Of a DNA stretch of 64,000 bases, positions 45,990-55,833 are shown one piece after another. Below the pieces are notes generated by a model. The model was not told where the DNA came from. It saw nothing but the letters and a program-made list of their open reading frames with translations, and ran no database searches. Each line of letters starts with the position of its first letter. Position 1 is the stretch's first letter. Source of the stretch: a virus; the IMG/VR virus record IMGVR_UViG_3300042544_003795, positions 64,001 to 128,000 of that record; one strand, 5' to 3'. Made by a program: the position numbers and the translations under genes.

Positions 45990-48552
45990 TTTCTTCTATA
46001 TTTTTTAATTCCGAGAGTTTCGTGTAAGCTTTATGGTTTTGGATTTCCATATGATTTATCCAAAGTATATCTTCCCCTTTCTCTCCTGTTATATACAATA
46101 TATCTTCCTCTTTTGGTGCTTCAGCTTGTTTTAAATATTTCGCTAATTTATCACCTAGTAACATAGCATAGTTTGAACCAGTCTCATCAAAAATTTTCAT
46201 TTTTAGATAAATATTACCACTTTTACTTTTACCTTGAAGAATATCTTTTACAATACAAGTAAGCTCAAAAGAACCTTTAAGGCGAACGTATTTATCAATT
46301 TCATCTAAATTCCTAATCATAGGATTCAAGTCTCCAAAAACCATTTTCATGGTAGTCGAATAAGAGAATCCGAGAAGCATTCTTTCATAAAAGAATGAAG
46401 CTAATAATTCATTTCGACTATTAAGATTATATATTTTAAAATATCCTATAGAATTTTTTCTGATAGTACTTAAACGAGAATCTTTTGTAAACTTTTTGCC
46501 ATTAGAATCTATCCAATTCAGATAATCTTTAAGCATAATAACAAGATCAGAATTATATTTATGCTCATTATTTATACAAAAGATTTTCTCTTTAGGAGTT
46601 AAGAGATTCCACAGTTGAGCTTCTAAAACTTTTTTAGATCTATCTTTAATAGAATGTCCTAGAGCACCGCTTTGAATGAGAGAAGAAAGAATCCCAATAC
46701 CTAACCTTGCATCCTTTGCAGAATTATAAAGTTTAAAATCAGAATCTATATCAGAAGATATGAAACTTTTAAGCTTTTCTATACTCTTGTCTGAGATACC
46801 TTTAATCTCTCCCAATCCGAATCTGATATTTTTACCCTCAATAGAAAAAGCTAATCCACTTTTAGCAACATTCGGAGGTAGAAGTTCAATTCCGAAATGA
46901 GGAAGTTCATGCTGAATAAGCTGAAACTGTTCTAGGAAATCGCCTCTAGTAGCAGCTATCTTTAGACAGGCCAGAAAAAACTGTTGAGGATATTTATGTT
47001 TTAGATAAACCGTTGAGGCTGCGATAGTTGCATAAGAAAAGCTGTGGCTTTTGTTGAACGAATAATTTGCAGAATCTTCAAGAATCTTCCACAACAACTC
47101 TGGAATCTCTTTATTTAAACCATTCTTCTCGCAGGTTTCAAAGATGACATCTTTCCACTTGGCCATGTCTTTTATCTTCTTCTTACCAATGCATTTTCTG
47201 ATGACCTCCCCGTCAGCTTTTGTTAAGCCAATCTTCTCACACATCTGCATCGTACTTTCTTGATACAAAGCTAAAGAGGCAGTGGACTTCAATAATTCGT
47301 CGAAAAATGGATGAATAGATTCATTTTTCCCTTCATTGACGAATTGAGCATATCTGTCCACAAACTGCAATGCTCCGGGTCTAGCGAGTGCTGTAACAGC
47401 AGCTAGATGATCCATATTCTTTGGCTTTACCTTATTTACTACTCCTAAGTTACAATCTCCACTAATTTGGAAAAGACCATAAGGATACTTCACATCTTGA
47501 AGATTCTTAAAAACATTATCATAATTTATTTCAAAATCTTTTGGATCTAAATCTAAATTAGAACAAACTTCATTGATAATACCAACAGCTTTCAATCCCA
47601 ACAAATCAAGTTTGATATTATCAAGCTGAGCATAATCCATATCATAAGTCGTAACCATTTCTCCTTCGCCCATTTCGCATGGGATAGAATCAATCAACTT
47701 ATTATAAGACACTATATAAGCACTCGCATGAGAGCCTTTAGAACAATTTAGTTCTGCAAGTTTCAGAGCTATCTTATAAGCCTTTGGATTATCTTTGACA
47801 AATTGAGCAAAAGAAGGAACCTCTTCTACAGCTTTCTTCAAGGAATGAACCTTCCCAAATAGAGAAGGGATCTGTGCAGAAATCTCAAGACTTTGCTGTT
47901 CAGAATATCCCAAAACAATTTTACAAACTTCCTTAATACATTTTCTACTTTGTAATGTGCTATGAGTAGATATTTTGCAAAAGTATCCATTATATTTTTC
48001 TTTTAGAATTTCAATTAATTTTTCACGTTTCGAATCTTCGATATCTAGATCAATGTCGGCAGCATCAGAATAATATTTAACGCCATCAACAATATTTGGA
48101 GTTGTTCTAGATGGAGAAAGAAACCTTTCGAAGAAAAGCCCGTTCTCTACAGGGTCTACATCTGTCACCTCTAGACAGTAGAGAACTAAGCTTGATGCGG
48201 CGCTGCCTCTTCCCGGCCCTACAGCGATCTTATTCTTCTTGGCTATATTGACTACATCCCATACCATTAATAAATAATCTACAAAATCTGTGGGTGAAAT
48301 TACCCCCATCTCATAAGACAATCTATCTCTATAGGATTTTTCCTTTTTAGGATCAATGTCATTTTTTAATCTTTTCTCAAATCCTCTTTCGACTAACAAA
48401 TTAAAAAGCTCTAGACTTGTTAGGTCTGATCCATTTAAATTAAAAGGAAGATCTAGGGCAGAATAATCCTCCTTACTTAAACAGAATTTAGGCAATCTAA
48501 TACCGTGGATATTAAGATCTATATTTTCGAATTGATCTAAAAAGAATAACAT
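45982..48552 (-). CDS. dnaE: DNA polymerase III alpha subunit, catalytic part lacking PHP
   Basis: GPGRGSAASSL, FERFL, DIDLD, KLDLLGL, RPG, YSFNKSH, IRFGL..IKG. Confidence 0.95.
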   Translation of the reverse strand: MLFFLDQFENIDLNIHGIRLPKFCLSKEDYSALDLPFNLNGSDLTSLELFNLLVERGFEKRLKNDIDPKKEKSYRDRLSYEMGVISPTDFVDYLLMVWDVVNIAKKNKIAVGPGRGSAASSLVLYCLEVTDVDPVENGLFFERFLSPSRTTPNIVDGVKYYSDAADIDLDIEDSKREKLIEILKEKYNGYFCKISTHSTLQSRKCIKEVCKIVLGYSEQQSLEISAQIPSLFGKVHSLKKAVEEVPSFAQFVKDNPKAYKIALKLAELNCSKGSHASAYIVSYNKLIDSIPCEMGEGEMVTTYDMDYAQLDNIKLDLLGLKAVGIINEVCSNLDLDPKDFEINYDNVFKNLQDVKYPYGLFQISGDCNLGVVNKVKPKNMDHLAAVTALARPGALQFVDRYAQFVNEGKNESIHPFFDELLKSTASLALYQESTMQMCEKIGLTKADGEVIRKCIGKKKIKDMAKWKDVIFETCEKNGLNKEIPELLWKILEDSANYSFNKSHSFSYATIAASTVYLKHKYPQQFFLACLKIAATRGDFLEQFQLIQHELPHFGIELLPPNVAKSGLAFSIEGKNIRFGLGEIKGISDKSIEKLKSFISSDIDSDFKLYNSAKDARLGIGILSSLIQSGALGHSIKDRSKKVLEAQLWNLLTPKEKIFCINNEHKYNSDLVIMLKDYLNWIDSNGKKFTKDSRLSTIRKNSIGYFKIYNLNSRNELLASFFYERMLLGFSYSTTMKMVFGDLNPMIRNLDEIDKYVRLKGSFELTCIVKDILQGKSKSGNIYLKMKIFDETGSNYAMLLGDKLAKYLKQAEAPKEEDILYITGEKGEDILWINHMEIQNHKAYTKLSELKNIEENE

Positions 48553-48555
48553 AAA

Positions 48556-49176
48556 TTAAGATTCCTGAAAATTGTAAGCAAGTTTTTTAAATATCTGAGC
48601 AGTCAAATAACAATCATAGTCACCTTGGTGAGTTCTAGATGCATCTATTTCGATTCCCCATTCATTACACAAATAAGTGACATTACTTTTCAATCCTCTT
48701 TTAATAAAATTAGCCCAACGAGTTTGCCATGCATCAAAATTATCATAATCAGGCTTTGCCCCTGAAAGATAAGCTTTAGCTAAAGCATTCGTATCGACAA
48801 CTCTTTTTACCCATTCGAAATCAATAGGCTTGCCAATTTCCCTAAACCAGTTTCGAATTTGATAAGCGTCGAAATTTAGTCCATTATGAAAACCTAGCAA
48901 GTCTTCTCCAAAAAACCAAGGGGATATTTCTTCATAAACCTTCTTCGGACATAGAGCTTTCTTTTCATACTCTTTAAAATTAAAACCTGTAATTTCAGCT
49001 GCCCTAGGATTAACATTCAAATCTTCCCACCACAGATATCTAGATTGACTATCTAGAATCTTTCCATTCTCCATGATAACCCAAGCAAACTCCCATGGCC
49101 GAGAAGTGTTAAGATTAAGTCCTTCTGTTTCTGTATCAGCAAAATAAATGCGCTGATTGATATCTAGTTTATTCAT
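48556..49176 (-). CDS. DEDDh 3'-5' exonuclease (epsilon-like)
   Basis: DTETEGL, HN...FD, DT, H...YD. Confidence 0.88.
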   Translation of the reverse strand: MNKLDINQRIYFADTETEGLNLNTSRPWEFAWVIMENGKILDSQSRYLWWEDLNVNPRAAEITGFNFKEYEKKALCPKKVYEEISPWFFGEDLLGFHNGLNFDAYQIRNWFREIGKPIDFEWVKRVVDTNALAKAYLSGAKPDYDNFDAWQTRWANFIKRGLKSNVTYLCNEWGIEIDASRTHQGDYDCYLTAQIFKKLAYNFQES

Positions 49177-49403
49177 ATTTGGTTTAAAAAATCTATTTTC
49201 TTTTCAAGTTTTTTGATAATAGCTTTAGCTTCTTTTCTTTCTATTAGAAGAGGATCACAGAATGAAATTTCCCCATCCTCAGTTATACAATCGTAAATAG
49301 GCGTTCCATCTTGATAAACGATTTCAACGACTTTTCCAACTCTACAGCTATCTCCAAAAAAGATTTTGGTTTTAACAAAGTCACCTTCTTTTATTGTTTG
49401 CAT
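49173..49403 (-). CDS. Hypothetical protein
   Basis: 76-aa ORF. Confidence 0.65.
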   Translation of the reverse strand: MQTIKEGDFVKTKIFFGDSCRVGKVVEIVYQDGTPIYDCITEDGEISFCDPLLIERKEAKAIIKKLEKKIDFLNQI

Positions 49404-49405
49404 AT

Positions 49406-50167
49406 TTATTTTTTATTTTCTAGAAATGATTCCCAACAAAACTCCCTAGAAGACATATGATCAAATCCGGGATTGTCAAGTGTTCTTCCTGATCCAAATT
49501 GTTTTCTATTCAAGCACTTCAAAGTAAGAAAGGCTTCGTAATCACTTCTATTTTTATAATAAATACTTTTAACCTCTTCTGTCTTAAAGTTATTCATCTT
49601 AGCAAAAAGAAGAGCAGCTTCTCTAATTAGATAATCAAAAGGTAGATTATTATCCTCAAGAAAAACTGTAGGGTTAATCTTTTTTAATTCAGGAATACAA
49701 AGAGATCCTTGTAATAGATTTTTATGGAGGAAAGAATCATAAAAAGGAATAGCTAATGCTAAATCTTCGCTCCAAAGAGAATGCAAGTCAGAATAAGAAA
49801 GTCTTGCCTCCTTGTTGAAATTATTATAAGCCGCCATAGTAGAAAGCTTAATCAAAGCCTTATAACCATTAAAATTCTTTGGAAAAATAATATTTTTGTG
49901 AGAAGATAAAGAGGTTTCTTCCGAAGAGCTGTTAATGAAGGAAACTCTTAAGCCAAAAATAAGTTTAATTTTTGAATCTTTACAGGCTTGTAACGCAGCT
50001 ACGAATCCAGCCATTGTATCCTCTACAAGACATAATTCTTTTAGATTATTCTCAACAGCAATATTTATAATACTATCTGATAGATCAGTATCTTTATTCT
50101 TCTCGTAAGGATCGAGAGTTAATATACTACGTAAAATAGAGTAGTGACTCTTAAAAAGAGGAATCAT
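49406..50167 (-). CDS. Stand-alone PHP domain of DNA polymerase III alpha
   Basis: KSHYSI..SIL, KLIFGL, KN..GYK.LIKLST. Confidence 0.85.
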   Translation of the reverse strand: MIPLFKSHYSILRSILTLDPYEKNKDTDLSDSIINIAVENNLKELCLVEDTMAGFVAALQACKDSKIKLIFGLRVSFINSSSEETSLSSHKNIIFPKNFNGYKALIKLSTMAAYNNFNKEARLSYSDLHSLWSEDLALAIPFYDSFLHKNLLQGSLCIPELKKINPTVFLEDNNLPFDYLIREAALLFAKMNNFKTEEVKSIYYKNRSDYEAFLTLKCLNRKQFGSGRTLDNPGFDHMSSREFCWESFLENKK

Positions 50168-50191
50168 TTGTAAGTAATTTAAATAAAAAGC

Positions 50192-51133
50192 TTAATTAAA
50201 TTTAGGACAGCCGGAGTGCTTTCTCTGAACTATAGTATAGCCCAAAGCTACATAACTATCAAGTTCTTTTTTAAAATAAGCAGATTTAGAAGGTAAGCCT
50301 TCTTTAACAGCTTCAAAATACAAGAAGGGAGCTTTATATTCACAAACCCAAACAGGTGATCCGTCTTCCTTATAAGTAAAAGGTTCTTTACCACAAAGCC
50401 ATTTGCGTTTAAAATCTCCAGCAGCTGTATTAGCTAAAGCTTTCTCTAATCCAAAATCTTGCAAATATCCTGATATATATTCAAGGTAATGCTCGAAAGC
50501 TTCTATCTGACTCAAAGAAAACTCCATCTTAATATATGGATTCTTTCGGAATTTAAGGAAAAGAAATTCTACAGTTATTTTTTTTCCGGGATAAAGTTTA
50601 GAAGCCACTAATGCATAAATTAATGCTTGGATATTAAAATCCATATCTTCTGAACCTTTTGAAAATTTAGATTTAGAAGATTTAAAATCTAAAATTCTAA
50701 TATGATCTTCATAAATAAATAATCTATCTATAAAACCATAAATCCAATATTTACCATTATTTATATTGAATTCATATTCTGTCTCGTATTTCTCACAGCC
50801 TTTTCCGTGGAAATCATTTTCTAAACCGGTTACCAAAAACCCGTTTATTTTTTCATAATTTTCAGAAGAATCTACCTCTTCTTTTTTAAGCCACTTAGAA
50901 GCAAGTCTATGAAGACATGGCAACGATAATGGCCTTCCGCAAGTAAGAGCTTGACTCACCTTTTCTTTCCTTTTCGGATGAGCCAAACATTCTAAAATAA
51001 TGTGAGTTATTCCTCCCAGTTTTGAACCAGTGTTCCCCTTTGAAGGTAAGCCACAGTTATATTTTAAATATGCAAGATAAGAACAACTACTATAAGATTT
51101 TATTTTGCTTGCGGAAAGCCTAGGAAGTGACAT
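50192..51133 (-). CDS. PD-(D/E)XK nuclease, Cas4/AddB-like
   Basis: LSAS.I..Y..C, G...H..LE, GFIDRL, DFKS, Q...Y, three C-terminal Cys. Confidence 0.85.
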   Translation of the reverse strand: MSLPRLSASKIKSYSSCSYLAYLKYNCGLPSKGNTGSKLGGITHIILECLAHPKRKEKVSQALTCGRPLSLPCLHRLASKWLKKEEVDSSENYEKINGFLVTGLENDFHGKGCEKYETEYEFNINNGKYWIYGFIDRLFIYEDHIRILDFKSSKSKFSKGSEDMDFNIQALIYALVASKLYPGKKITVEFLFLKFRKNPYIKMEFSLSQIEAFEHYLEYISGYLQDFGLEKALANTAAGDFKRKWLCGKEPFTYKEDGSPVWVCEYKAPFLYFEAVKEGLPSKSAYFKKELDSYVALGYTIVQRKHSGCPKFN

Positions 51134-51134
51134 T

Positions 51135-51740
51135 TTAATTTTCGATTAGATTCCAGAGAGTGTCATCAAACAATGATGATTTTACTAGAGTCTTTATATC
51201 AGAGTCTTTGGGTTTGTCTCCTGAATATTTCACTTTTCCGCCTCTTTTTTTGTATTCCTTCAAAACAAATAGATTTTTTACATAAGAATTTTTTTCTCCA
51301 AATTTTCTATCTGCGACTTCCTTTACTTGGGAATACTTTTCCTTGTCCAAATACTCAACTTCAGCGAATGAGAACTCAATAGGTTCTTCTTTGGCATTTT
51401 CAAGATCTCTATCTAGAGCGATTATTTCTTCTTGAGATGGAAGATTATCAAAATCAAAATGATCTTCTTCCGATCCTACAATTTGACTAACTGGCTTATC
51501 TGACCACATTTTACATGACCAATAATTAGCTTTGTATTTAGGTCCGGGATTATCACAATTATGTCTGGCTCTATAATTGCTTCTACGCTCAGGATCATCT
51601 CTTTTGATTGACATATTCGGATCACCGAATTTTACAATGACAACACTACCTTTGTCATTTTTTACGTACACACCAAATTTTTTAGCACTTCCACCCGGAA
51701 GTCTGAATGGTTTATTTAAGGTTTTATTTTCGTTTTTCAT
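51135..51740 (-). CDS. Conserved viral protein (DUF5754-like N-terminus)
   Basis: KKF.VYV, VKFGD, RR.NYRARH.C, YWSC..W; second module YKKRGG. Confidence 0.65.
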   Translation of the reverse strand: MKNENKTLNKPFRLPGGSAKKFGVYVKNDKGSVVIVKFGDPNMSIKRDDPERRSNYRARHNCDNPGPKYKANYWSCKMWSDKPVSQIVGSEEDHFDFDNLPSQEEIIALDRDLENAKEEPIEFSFAEVEYLDKEKYSQVKEVADRKFGEKNSYVKNLFVLKEYKKRGGKVKYSGDKPKDSDIKTLVKSSLFDDTLWNLIEN

Positions 51741-51800
51741 ATTTAATGCTAATTATACTGTATACACCAAAAGGATGAACTAAAAAACTTGTAGATTTTT

Positions 51801-52700
51801 TTATAATGATTTGTACCATTCAATAATCTCTTGTTTTTCCATATCTCCAAAATCTTTTTTATAAGGAAGTTTTACAAAAATAGAATCACTGCTAAAGAAT
51901 TTAGATAGTTTATATTTGATTCCCAATGCAGCTTCCATTCCTCTATTAGTTTCAGAATCTATATCATTGTTAGTCGCAATAATAATTTTATCTACATTGC
52001 TTTTTATCAGAGTAAGTATTACAGGCTTTGAAACACTTAATCCGAAAAGAACTAAAAAGTTTTTTATACCAGCCTCATAAAGAGAAAGAGCATCTCCAAT
52101 ACTTTCCACTAAAATTACACATCTTGAAGATTCGATATCAGAGTGTGTGAGTTTATAAGGGTAAACAAAATTAGCCTTTCTACCTAATATTTTCCATTTA
52201 GGCCTTTGAGAGTTAGTATATAAATCTCTCCCAGCAAGACCTATGATTTTTTCTCCTTGATAGATAGGGAAAACGAATCTGTTGTTAAGTTTCCCATAAG
52301 TTTTTACTCCTCCACCAAAATCTTTTACAGTTTGTTCTGAAATGCCTCTATTTTTATAAAATGTATACCAAGGCATTAAATCTTTTACGAAATCAGAATC
52401 AAAGAATTTATCTTGAACTATTTTAGTTTCCTCTTCTTCTTCCTGAGCATTAGCCGAACTATCGAAATACTCATCCCTTAAGAAGTTTTTAGCATCCTTT
52501 TCATTTATGTTCAAGGTTATCATGGCCAACTTTACAAGAGGACCCGATTGACCAGTAACGAAATCTGTAAACCATCCACTTTTAGTGTTCACACTTAAAG
52601 ATGAACTAGCACTATTTCTATAAATAGCTTTCATTCTTAGATAATCAGATCCAGACTTCTCTGGCATATATCCCATTTTCTTGAGTAAATCTACGATCAT
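51801..52700 (-). CDS. DNA primase (Toprim)
   Basis: RGIS, RFVFPI, GRD, LVESIGD, ND.D, KDFGD. Confidence 0.88.
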   Translation of the reverse strand: MIVDLLKKMGYMPEKSGSDYLRMKAIYRNSASSSLSVNTKSGWFTDFVTGQSGPLVKLAMITLNINEKDAKNFLRDEYFDSSANAQEEEEETKIVQDKFFDSDFVKDLMPWYTFYKNRGISEQTVKDFGGGVKTYGKLNNRFVFPIYQGEKIIGLAGRDLYTNSQRPKWKILGRKANFVYPYKLTHSDIESSRCVILVESIGDALSLYEAGIKNFLVLFGLSVSKPVILTLIKSNVDKIIIATNNDIDSETNRGMEAALGIKYKLSKFFSSDSIFVKLPYKKDFGDMEKQEIIEWYKSL

Positions 52701-54160
52701 ATGAAATCTCCTTTAGTGTATTTTTTATTATTTGCAACTTCTATTTGCCCTAATCTTTTATTGAATACATCTTCTGCACTACCGCATTCACTAACCTTAA
52801 AGTTTTCGACTTTAAAATTAATATAATTTTCTACAAAAACATCTCCGTCTTGAGTAGATCTCTTTACATAGTTGTCTGCCCCCATAGCCTCTTCGCCTTG
52901 AACACGGGCTCGAACTTCGATAAGTTTATGAGTTCCGAATTCTTTGCCTCCTTCTCCAATCTCCTCTGGGCTTTTCTTCTCTAGTCTATACATGTTGGAA
53001 CAATGCCATTCGATCTGAGAAGACATTGCTGTGCCTCCGCTACGATTAGTCTGAACGGCTGTCAATCCTGCGGTTCTAGGTAATAAAGACACGAGCTTTT
53101 TTAGTTTATCAGTCTTTTGACCAAGAAGCTCATATCCCTCGAATGCATTAGTAATATTTTCTTGAGTAGATTTCAGATAATCATAAATAAGTAATACATT
53201 CTCCCCATTTTTGACATTTTGAACATACCATCTTTTAGCAATTGATATTACTTCATCAATAGATTTGTTAGCAACATATTTATGGTGAACTCTCCCCTTG
53301 TATTTCTCTAGAGAATTTAAAGCTGCATATACTTTATTTTTATCAATTGGATTATTTAAGAATTTGCCAGTTTTAATTTTGTATTCATTGACACCCGAAA
53401 TAGCAGAAAGATTTCTAGCAATAATACGATCTGTTTCAAGTTCTGTATCCAAAACCAATGCTAAACAATTATTCTCTTCTAGACCAGCTACTTCATAAGC
53501 TAGAAAGTTTACGAAAGTACTCTTGCCAACCTTTGGCCCAGCGGCAATAACAAACAAGTCACCGAAGCTAGGACCTCCATACATTTTTGTAAAAATTGGA
53601 AATGGGGTTTTGAGACATACTGGCCTTGGATTATTAGCCCAGTCTAGAACGGTCTCCTGCATCGTAGAAAAAACATCAATAGGCTTTTCCTCATCAGCTA
53701 CGTTTTCTGTGCCTGCACTCTTTAATGTGTTCTCAATAACATTGGCAAGCTCTGGCAAAGATTTATCAATATTACTCCTGATTTCATTCTTACCTTCTTC
53801 TAAAGATTTATCTGCTTTTCTAGCAAAATCATATTTAATTACGTTACTAATAAAGCTAGGAAGAGACTGCTCTCTGATTTGCATCTGAGACAAACAATCA
53901 AGATAATCTATAATGTTTAAATCTTCAAATAGCTTTAGACCAATAGACGTTAGCTTTTCAGAGACAAGCAATTTATCAACAGTAGCATTCTGATTGTAAA
54001 CAGCCAAGATAGCTGAAAAAATGGCTGAGTGAACTTTGTTATCAAAATGAGTGGCTTTTAAAATAGAACCGTAATCGGCTACATTGTCTGGCCACTTTAT
54101 AAAGCCAGCTAGACATGCACGTTCTTGTTCTTGAGGAGTTGAAATTCTGCTATGATTCAT
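52697..54160 (-). CDS. dnaB: Replicative DNA helicase
   Basis: E...LAG, H..IF N-terminus; AGPKVGKST, DTE, IYDYLK, QTNR. Confidence 0.9.
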   Translation of the reverse strand: MNHSRISTPQEQERACLAGFIKWPDNVADYGSILKATHFDNKVHSAIFSAILAVYNQNATVDKLLVSEKLTSIGLKLFEDLNIIDYLDCLSQMQIREQSLPSFISNVIKYDFARKADKSLEEGKNEIRSNIDKSLPELANVIENTLKSAGTENVADEEKPIDVFSTMQETVLDWANNPRPVCLKTPFPIFTKMYGGPSFGDLFVIAAGPKVGKSTFVNFLAYEVAGLEENNCLALVLDTELETDRIIARNLSAISGVNEYKIKTGKFLNNPIDKNKVYAALNSLEKYKGRVHHKYVANKSIDEVISIAKRWYVQNVKNGENVLLIYDYLKSTQENITNAFEGYELLGQKTDKLKKLVSLLPRTAGLTAVQTNRSGGTAMSSQIEWHCSNMYRLEKKSPEEIGEGGKEFGTHKLIEVRARVQGEEAMGADNYVKRSTQDGDVFVENYINFKVENFKVSECGSAEDVFNKRLGQIEVANNKKYTKGDFI

Positions 54161-54702
54161 TTAAATAGAAAATCTTTTAGAGATTTAGGTTTTTTCACTG
54201 ATAGTTCTAAGTCTAACTGTACATCTTGAACAAACATATCTTCCGATTTTTCTTGTTTTTGTTCTTGTTTTATTTCTATACTAGGTAAATACGCTCTAAT
54301 ATATTTTCGACCTTCTTCACATAGATAGAAAAGAAGAGTAGAAGCTTTTTTGTTTGGAACTACAGAGAGAAGAGTTTTTAAATCAAACAAAGCTAAAAGC
54401 TTATTTGCCGCCAGCATTTCCTTAGGCCAAAAAATATTATCTCTTTTTCCAAGGAAATGGAAGATAAGCATTCTTGCCTCTTTAGGATTAGAAATTTTCT
54501 TTTCCTTTGGTTTAAGTTTTAAAATCAAACCAAATTTTCCATGCAAATATTCTCTGATTTCCATGACCCCTTTTGACCCCATGCCCTCTAGAGACTTAAT
54601 ATCTTCTAAAAATTTACCATTGAAATCAACTTCAGAAAGGAAACCGTTTTGCAATAATACATTTTTTGTCCTATTAGAAATAGGGAATTCAGAAACAAGC
54701 AT
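54157..54702 (-). CDS. Protein with N-terminal RNA polymerase alpha-CTD-like domain
   Basis: ISNRTKNVL..NG......DI..L.GMG.KG..EI. Confidence 0.68.
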   Translation of the reverse strand: MLVSEFPISNRTKNVLLQNGFLSEVDFNGKFLEDIKSLEGMGSKGVMEIREYLHGKFGLILKLKPKEKKISNPKEARMLIFHFLGKRDNIFWPKEMLAANKLLALFDLKTLLSVVPNKKASTLLFYLCEEGRKYIRAYLPSIEIKQEQKQEKSEDMFVQDVQLDLELSVKKPKSLKDFLFK

Positions 54703-54704
54703 AA

Positions 54705-55121
54705 TTATTTAATAATATGAGAACCAAAAACACTCTCTATCCATTTTTCTTTTAAGGGCATATTCTTTTCATAGATTTCGATTACTTCAAATCCATTCTT
54801 TTCAAGAAGATGCTCTTTCAGAACATCTCTATAAACCTGTTTCTCAAAATCTTCAACTGAATTTTGAAAATAAGGAGTATATTCTACATGAAATAATCCG
54901 TTTACTTCTACAGCTATTTTTCTTGAGAAATTCATCAGATCAACTCTCAAGCGAGTCTGAGGCAACAGGACCTCCTCTCCAACCACATCATCCTTCCAAT
55001 ATTTTTTAAAGAATTGTTTTACATTAAACTGGAAAAAACTAAGACTATCGCCATTCCATTTTATTGCATATTTTTTCTCAGATAATGGTCGGATATTATC
55101 CTTTGCCGTTATCCATTTCAT
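54705..55121 (-). CDS. Vsr/DUF559-like endonuclease
   Basis: RVD.......IAVEVNG..H, RD..K.......F..IEI. Confidence 0.75.
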   Translation of the reverse strand: MKWITAKDNIRPLSEKKYAIKWNGDSLSFFQFNVKQFFKKYWKDDVVGEEVLLPQTRLRVDLMNFSRKIAVEVNGLFHVEYTPYFQNSVEDFEKQVYRDVLKEHLLEKNGFEVIEIYEKNMPLKEKWIESVFGSHIIK

Positions 55122-55128
55122 TTAAAAA

Positions 55129-55416
55129 TTATAGAGATAATTTTTGGATTTCCGCAATTATAAGACTACAAGCCTGTACTAGATTGTCTTGAACAGATTC
55201 ACTAGGAGAAAAATTTTTAAATGGCCAAAGTTCTTTAGCTTCTTTAAAATTATTATCGCCAGAAGTTTGACCATGAGCAAAACCAACAAGAGTTAAAGCA
55301 GCCAATAGAAGCTGACCATTTTTATATTGTAGATCATGATCTACAGTATAGCCTTTTTCGATCTGCTTTTCTCTTTGAGCCTTAATTGAATCTAGTATTT
55401 CTTGAATGTCTTTCAT
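55129..55416 (-). CDS. Conserved hypothetical phage protein
   Basis: R.KQ..KGYT..HD..Y..GQL..AA, WPF, LV.A.SLI.AEI. Confidence 0.72.
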   Translation of the reverse strand: MKDIQEILDSIKAQREKQIEKGYTVDHDLQYKNGQLLLAALTLVGFAHGQTSGDNNFKEAKELWPFKNFSPSESVQDNLVQACSLIIAEIQKLSL

Positions 55417-55419
55417 ATT

Positions 55420-55833
55420 TTATAAAGATATATTGTATTGCTTTAGAAAAAAATCAAATGATAAATTATCAATGTTCTCATTAAAAAGTTCTACTAATGT
55501 AATATTATTTCTAATGCACCATTCTCTTTTGATATCGTCACTTTTAACTTTGTTTAAGAAATTTTGTCGATTCTTATGCAACCATGGATTAAAATTTACA
55601 TGGTATTCGTCGGGACTAACTTCTATAGCTATTTTTTTAGAGAAATTGAAAAGATCAATTCTGAATTTGCTGCCCGGAATAACAAACTCTTCTTTGACTA
55701 CATCATTTTTCCAGAATGGGTAAAGGAAATTTTTTACTTTAAACTGGGGAATAGAAATTTTCTTATCCCAATCTATACAAGATTTAGCAACAACATTTAC
55801 TTTTGTATTGCCTCTTAATTTCGTTAATTCCAT
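55420..55833 (-). CDS. Vsr/DUF559-like endonuclease, paralog of 54705-55121
   Basis: QF.VK.F....WK.DVV.EE, R.DL.NFS.KIA.EV shared with paralog. Confidence 0.75.
   Translation of the reverse strand: MELTKLRGNTKVNVVAKSCIDWDKKISIPQFKVKNFLYPFWKNDVVKEEFVIPGSKFRIDLFNFSKKIAIEVSPDEYHVNFNPWLHKNRQNFLNKVKSDDIKREWCIRNNITLVELFNENIDNLSFDFFLKQYNISL

Noticed and set aside
50192-51133. Cas4 as evidence of a CRISPR-Cas system
   Set aside because: Solo Cas4/AddB-like nucleases are common in phage replication modules; no cas1/cas2 or array present
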